Positions 59,223 through 64,000 of a DNA stretch of 64,000 nt are shown piece by piece. The notes under the pieces are model-generated. The model did not search any database. It saw nothing but the letters and a program-made list of their open reading frames with translations, and was not told the DNA's origin. Made by a program: the position numbers and the translations under genes. Source of the stretch: Acidobacteriota bacterium (GTDB taxonomy: Bacteria; Acidobacteriota; UBA4820; DSQY01); contig JBMFSH010000004.1 in the NCBI GenBank assembly GCA_049967655.1, positions 25,193 to 89,192 of the forward strand, in the 5' to 3' direction. Position 1 is the stretch's first letter, and every line of letters starts with the position of its first letter.

Positions 59223-60764
59223 CTATTCCCATTCAATGGTCCCCGGCGGCTTGCTGGTGACGTCGTACACCACGCGGTTCACGCCGCGCACCTCGTTGAC
59301 GATTCGAGCCGCCACGCGGGAGAGAAAGTCGGGCTCGAACCGGTACCAGTCCGCCGTCATGAAGTCCTGGGTCGTGACCGCCCGCAGAGCCACCACGCGG
59401 TCGTAAGTGCGGCCGTCCCCCATGACACCCACGGTCCGCACCGGCAGAAGCACGGCGAAGGCCTGGGCGATCTCGTCGTAGAGCCCCGCCGCCCGGATCT
59501 CCTCCAAGAAGATGGCATCGGCCTCCTGCAGGATCGCCACCTCCTCGCGGCAGACCTCCCCCAGGATGCGGACCGCCAGTCCGGGGCCGGGAAAGGGCTG
59601 GCGCCGGACGAAGACCTCGTCCAGCCCGAGCAGCCTTCCGAGGGTCCGGACCTCATCTTTGAAGAGGTCCCGCAGGGGCTCCACCACCTCCATGCGCATC
59701 CGCTCGGGAAGGCCGCCCACGTTGTGGTGGCTCTTGATGACGGAGGCCGCACCCGACACCGCGGCCGACTCGATGCGGTCGGGGTAGATGGTGCCCTGGG
59801 CCAGGAAGCGGATCTCGCCGAGGGCCGAGGCCTCCTCCTCGAAGACCTCGATGAAGGCGCGTCCCACGGCCTTCCGCTTGGCCTCCGGGTCGGACACGCC
59901 CTGAAGGGCCCGGAAGAAGCGCGCCGAGGCGTCCACCGAGCGGAGCTTGAGGTGGAACTTCCGCGCGAAGCTCTCCTCTACGAGCCGGGCTTCATCCTTG
60001 CGCAGCAGCCCGTGGTCGATGAAGAGCAGGTCGAGCTGGTCACCCACGGCGCGGTGGAGGAGCAGCGCCATGACGGAGGAGTCCACACCGCCCGAGATGG
60101 CGCAGAGCACCCGCTCCTTCCCCACGCGGGCTCGAAGGTCGGCGCAGGCTGTGGCCACGAAGGAGTCCATGCTCCAATCCCCCTTCGCTCCGCACGCCCC
60201 GTAGAGGAAGTTCCTGAGCATGGCCGTGCCGTGGGGAGTGTGGGTCACCTCGGGGTGGAACTGGATACCGTAAAGGCGCTGGTGCGGCTCCTCCATGGCG
60301 GCCACGGGCGCCTCCACGCTGGAGCCGGCCACCCGAAAACCTGGCGGTAGGCGGGCTACCCTGTCTCCGTGGCTCATCCACACGGTCTCGGACTCGGGAA
60401 GGCCTTGAAAGAGCAGGCAGGCGCCGTCTCCCTTGAATTGGGCGGGACCGTACTCCCGCCGGTCGCCGGGAACCACATCCCCGCCCAGCCGCCGCGCGAG
60501 CCACTGCATTCCGTAGCAGATCCCCAGGACGGGCACCCCCAGCTCCAGCAGGCGAGGGTCCGGGCTGGGCGCCCCCACGGCGTACACCGACTGGGGGCCT
60601 CCCGAGAGGATCACGCCGATGGGGCCGAAGGAGCGGATCGCCTCCGCGGGCAGGCTGTAGGGCTCCACCTCGCAGTAGACCCCGAGCTCGCGGACGCGCC
60701 GGGCGATGAGCTGGGTCGTCTGGGACCCGCAATCGAGGATGAGGAGCTTCTGGCCAGCGTGCAT
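59223..60764 (-). CDS. guaA: GMP synthase (glutamine-hydrolysing)
   Basis: LGICYGMQ, QFHPEV, SGGVDS, IKSHHNVGGLP, SKPPGTIEWE. Confidence 0.98.
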   Translation of the reverse strand: MHAGQKLLILDCGSQTTQLIARRVRELGVYCEVEPYSLPAEAIRSFGPIGVILSGGPQSVYAVGAPSPDPRLLELGVPVLGICYGMQWLARRLGGDVVPGDRREYGPAQFKGDGACLLFQGLPESETVWMSHGDRVARLPPGFRVAGSSVEAPVAAMEEPHQRLYGIQFHPEVTHTPHGTAMLRNFLYGACGAKGDWSMDSFVATACADLRARVGKERVLCAISGGVDSSVMALLLHRAVGDQLDLLFIDHGLLRKDEARLVEESFARKFHLKLRSVDASARFFRALQGVSDPEAKRKAVGRAFIEVFEEEASALGEIRFLAQGTIYPDRIESAAVSGAASVIKSHHNVGGLPERMRMEVVEPLRDLFKDEVRTLGRLLGLDEVFVRRQPFPGPGLAVRILGEVCREEVAILQEADAIFLEEIRAAGLYDEIAQAFAVLLPVRTVGVMGDGRTYDRVVALRAVTTQDFMTADWYRFEPDFLSRVAARIVNEVRGVNRVVYDVTSKPPGTIEWE

Positions 60765-60836
60765 GCTATGACCTTTTCCTGGAGGTTGGAGTATAGCCCG
60801 TCAGCACCGCTCCCCTCAAGACGGCGGCTTTGCCCC

Positions 60837-61940
60837 TCAGGAGGACGCCACCCCGCCGCTCCTCAGCCACTCCCGGAGCGCCTCCAGGAGGGCCGCCGGC
60901 TCCTTGGTGCTTCCCAGCGCTCCGCGCAGTGAGGCGGCTCCCGCCATGCCCGCGGTGTACTTGCCGAGAAAGCTCTTCATGCGGTGGAGGGCCAGGCCCG
61001 GGGGCCCCAGGGCGAGCAGCTCCTCGAAGTGGCCCAGGATGAGCCGAGAACGCTCCTCGAAGGAGGGCTGGCCGTAGGATCCCGTGCCCGCCAGCTCCTC
61101 GATCTGCCGGAATATCCAAGGGTTCTTCACGGCGGCCCGGCCCACCATGAGGCCGTCGCATCCCGTCCGGCGCCAAAGGGACAGGGCCTGCGCGGGGTCC
61201 CGGATATCGCCGTTGCCCACCACGGGGATCGAGACCGCCGCCTTGAGCTGAGCCACCCGCCCCCAGTCCGCCTCCCCCGAGTAGCCCTGCCTCCGCGTGC
61301 GGGCGTGGAGGGCGAGGCCGGCCACCCCCTCCGCCTCCAGCGCCCGCGCCACCTCCAGAAAGGTCATCTCGCTCTCGGACCAGCCCAGCCTCATCTTGAC
61401 CGTCACCGGAAGGGAGACGGCCCGCACCACCGCGCCGGCAACGCGGGCGGCCAGGGCGGGGTCCCGGAGAAGGGCCGCTCCGCAGAAGCCCTTGGTCACC
61501 TTTGAGGCCGGGCACCCCATGTTGATGTCCACCACGTCGGCACCCTCCCCCTCGCACCAGCGCGCGGCCTCGGCCATACGCTCGGGGTCGGACCCGGAGA
61601 GCTGGAGGGCGATGGGATGCTCGTCGGGAGCGATGCGGAGGTACTCCGCGGGATCGAGCCGCCCGCGAATCAGCCCCTCTGACGAGAGGATCTCGGAAAC
61701 CACGAGGCCCCTGTGCCCGCAGCGGCGGACGACCCTGCGGAAGGTGAGGTCGGTGAGACCGGCCATGGGCGCCAGTGCCAGTCCCGGAGAGACGCGCACC
61801 GGCCCCAGGCGGTAACCCGGGAGCAGGGAACGTTCGCCGGCCGGCGAGGGCGAGCCCGGCGCGCCTTCGTACCCTGAGGCCCCGGGCTGGGGATGGGGAG
61901 CGGGCGAAACGGCATGGAGGGAACAGACGGGGGGCCGCAT
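60837..61940 (-). CDS. dusB: tRNA-dihydrouridine synthase
   Basis: LAPMAG, DINMGCP, TVKMRLG, HARTR, GNGDI; start ATG 61940 after GGAGGAG. Confidence 0.9.
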   Translation of the reverse strand: MRPPVCSLHAVSPAPHPQPGASGYEGAPGSPSPAGERSLLPGYRLGPVRVSPGLALAPMAGLTDLTFRRVVRRCGHRGLVVSEILSSEGLIRGRLDPAEYLRIAPDEHPIALQLSGSDPERMAEAARWCEGEGADVVDINMGCPASKVTKGFCGAALLRDPALAARVAGAVVRAVSLPVTVKMRLGWSESEMTFLEVARALEAEGVAGLALHARTRRQGYSGEADWGRVAQLKAAVSIPVVGNGDIRDPAQALSLWRRTGCDGLMVGRAAVKNPWIFRQIEELAGTGSYGQPSFEERSRLILGHFEELLALGPPGLALHRMKSFLGKYTAGMAGAASLRGALGSTKEPAALLEALREWLRSGGVASS

Positions 61941-61981
61941 CTCCTCCCGATCCGCACTCCCCAGCTTGGCGTCTTGCTGGC

Positions 61982-62239
61982 TCAATTCTCTCCGCCTTCC
62001 ACGGCGAAGAACTCCCCCTCTTTGCCCTTCGGCACGGGCCGGAGGGCCTCCCGCAGGACGCGGATCCGGACCGGCGCCTCCTCCTCTTCCAGGATGGAGA
62101 GCAGATCGCCCGCCCGCACCTCCTTGCCGGGCTTGCCGGGGTGGCCGTTCACGAGCACGGCCCCGTCGAGGACCGCGGCCTTGGCCGAGGAGCGCCGCTT
62201 GACCAATCGCGTGTTCTTCAAGTAGAGGTCGAGGCGCAT
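61982..62239 (-). CDS. S4-domain RNA-binding protein (YabO/Hsp15-like)
   Basis: MRLDLYLKNTRLVKRRSSAK, VNGHPGKPGKEVRAGD. Confidence 0.88.
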   Translation of the reverse strand: MRLDLYLKNTRLVKRRSSAKAAVLDGAVLVNGHPGKPGKEVRAGDLLSILEEEEAPVRIRVLREALRPVPKGKEGEFFAVEGGEN

Positions 62240-62359
62240 GGCCAGTCCGAGAAGCGGCCGTTCCGCTCTCCTCCCCGGGCGGAGGGAGGAGCAAGCGTCG
62301 AGGGTCGAGCGATGAGGCAAGAGAGATCGCCCAGCGGCCTTCGATCCGCCGGCAGCGGC

Positions 62360-62404
62360 CTACCCTCTACCATCTATTTCCCTCATCCCCTGTCCCCCGT
62401 CCCT
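62360..62404 (+). repeat. Pyrimidine-rich heptamers (CTACCCT- and TGTCCCC-type)
   Basis: ctaccct ctaccat ... catcccc tgtcccc cgtccct. Confidence 0.6.
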
Positions 62405-63363
62405 CACACGTACTTCGGGTTGATCCGAACGTAGTTCTGGGCCTTGAGGTTGTCGATGTACTTCTTGTACTCCTTCTGGAACTTCTCCTCCTTCAAGGCC
62501 TCGATGATCTGGTCCCTGGCCTGGTCGAGCGTGGGGACCGTCGCGTCCTTGCGGTTCTCCAGGCGGAAGAGATACCAGCCGGCGTCGGTGGGGATCAGGT
62601 CGGTCACCTCCCCGACCTTGAGCGCGAAAACCGCCTTGGCGATGGGAGCGGCCAGATCGTCGGCGGTGAACCAGCCGGCCTCCCCCTTCCTGGTCCGGGA
62701 GAAGGCCTGCGAGTACTCCTCTGCCAGGTCGCCGAAGGACTTGCCCGCCATGAACTCCTTGCGGATTTGCGCGGCGAGGGCCTCGGCCTCTTCCTTGGTG
62801 TGCCCCTGCCTGAGGATGAGGATCTCCTGGAGCTGAACCTGGGGCTTGCTCGCCAGTTGGCTCTTGTGGGTTTCGTAATAATTCTTGATCTCATCCGTGC
62901 TGATGGAGATCTTGCTCCGGATCTCCCGGCTCCGCATGAACTCCGGCACGTAGATGAGCGTGAGCTGCTTGCGGAACTCCTCCATGGTGAGGCCTTCCGA
63001 TTGGAGGGCCTTGGCCAGGTCGGCCTTGGTCGCGATGTGGTTCTCCTTCATGAACTCGTCGATCTGGTTATCCACGATGGCGTCGACGTTGTAGAGCTGC
63101 TTGGCCTTCTCCACGAGGAGAAGCTCGTCCTCCATCTGCTCCAAGAGCTTCTGGGGCACCTCCTTGAGCTGCGCCTGCAGGTCGGGCCCCTTGTACTCCC
63201 GCTTGAGGCCTTCGATGGTGCTCTTCAGGCGCTGCTCGTATTCGCTGCGGGTGACGATGGCGTCGTTGACCTTGATGACGATCTCTTCCACCACCTTGGC
63301 CCGGGGCGCGGCACCGGGCAGTAGCAGGAAGAGGGCAAGGCTTAAGAGGACAAGGCGTTTCAT
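62404..63363 (-). CDS. SurA-like periplasmic parvulin PPIase/chaperone
   Basis: Signal peptide, VVEEIVIKVNDAIVTRSE, FGDLAEEYSQ, VFALKVGEVT...GWYLFRL. Confidence 0.88.
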   Translation of the reverse strand: MKRLVLLSLALFLLLPGAAPRAKVVEEIVIKVNDAIVTRSEYEQRLKSTIEGLKREYKGPDLQAQLKEVPQKLLEQMEDELLLVEKAKQLYNVDAIVDNQIDEFMKENHIATKADLAKALQSEGLTMEEFRKQLTLIYVPEFMRSREIRSKISISTDEIKNYYETHKSQLASKPQVQLQEILILRQGHTKEEAEALAAQIRKEFMAGKSFGDLAEEYSQAFSRTRKGEAGWFTADDLAAPIAKAVFALKVGEVTDLIPTDAGWYLFRLENRKDATVPTLDQARDQIIEALKEEKFQKEYKKYIDNLKAQNYVRINPKYV

Positions 63364-64000
63364 GGTGTCTCCTTCTGGTACCGGAAGGGTAGTTTAGACC
63401 AAAACACCACCACCTGGAAGCGCTGGCGGAGGCTGGCCAGGTACTCCTTGAGCAGGCGGTCCCCCTTGGCGTCGCTGAGGGTGAGCCGGATCTGGGGCGC
63501 CACCTCCTCCAGGGGCAGCACGTAACTCGCGCAGCGCTGCTGCACGAGCACGATCTGGTAGAACTCGTCGGAGACGCGGATGGGCTCCGTGGGCACGCCC
63601 GGGCTCGCCTGCGCCAGCCGGTCGCGCAGGTAGTCGGGAAGCTCCGAGGATTGGAAGTACTGAGGGGCGCCCCTGTCGGGAGAGACGGAATAGAGCCGGG
63701 CCACGTCTCCGAAGCTGTGCCCCGCGCGGAGGAGCTTCTCTGCGTCCTGGGCCTGCTTCAGACCGGGAACGAGGATGGTCCTCAGGAGCACGCCCTCCCC
63801 TCGCCTGTAATCGGCCAGGTGCTGCTGGTAGTAGCGCTCCACCTCCCCGGGCAGAACGTTGATCTTGCTGTAGACGTTCTCCTCTAGCTCGGCGCCGGTC
63901 TGGTCGTCTCGAACCCTGGGATCCGAATAGGGCCCCAAGCTCACGGGTGCGGGAGGCACGGGGCCGGTGGCCGCATCGTTCAGGATCAGGACGCTGTTCA
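63360..64000 (-). CDS. Parvulin-like PPIase (5' part outside window)
   Basis: EVERYYQQH, SFGDVARLYSVSPD, PLEEVAPQI; frame is open to the window edge. Confidence 0.78.
   Translation of the reverse strand, partial: NSVLILNDAATGPVPPAPVSLGPYSDPRVRDDQTGAELEENVYSKINVLPGEVERYYQQHLADYRRGEGVLLRTILVPGLKQAQDAEKLLRAGHSFGDVARLYSVSPDRGAPQYFQSSELPDYLRDRLAQASPGVPTEPIRVSDEFYQIVLVQQRCASYVLPLEEVAPQIRLTLSDAKGDRLLKEYLASLRQRFQVVVFWSKLPFRYQKETP

Overview
GC-rich bacterial chromosomal segment, most likely Acidobacteriota (inferred from a Cys-rich insert near the RpoB N-terminus, tandem Oar-like TonB-dependent receptors and an atypical Hfq). Most of it is housekeeping: the canonical tRNA(Thr-Tyr-Gly-Thr)-tuf-rpmG-tRNA(Trp)-secE-nusG-rplKAJL-rpoBC cluster, plus topA, lpxC, folC, accD, accA, dnaE, guaA, serS, pdxA, rpe and bamD. 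It also has a type IV pilus/competence set (PilH/I/G-like ABC system, pilD, PilS-like kinase, comEC, dprA) and two ECF sigma/anti-sigma modules. The strongest hidden signal is a gene the ORF track splits in two: 6910..7983 reads through an in-frame TGA (7060..7062) at the first Cys position of a thioredoxin active site (W-U-G-S-C). A SECIS-like hairpin follows, so this is a candidate exported thioredoxin-TPR selenoprotein. Other unannotated structure: several families of intergenic 7-8-mer tandem arrays with consistent purine-left/pyrimidine-right polarity; a tRNA-Trp-linked element with a 25-bp duplicated tRNA 3' end; a 5' fragment of a group IIC intron directly after a terminator; sigma-54-type promoters before lpxC and a WYL regulator; and unusual inserts in RpoC. 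All calls come from reading the sequence by eye; no searches or folding programs were run.
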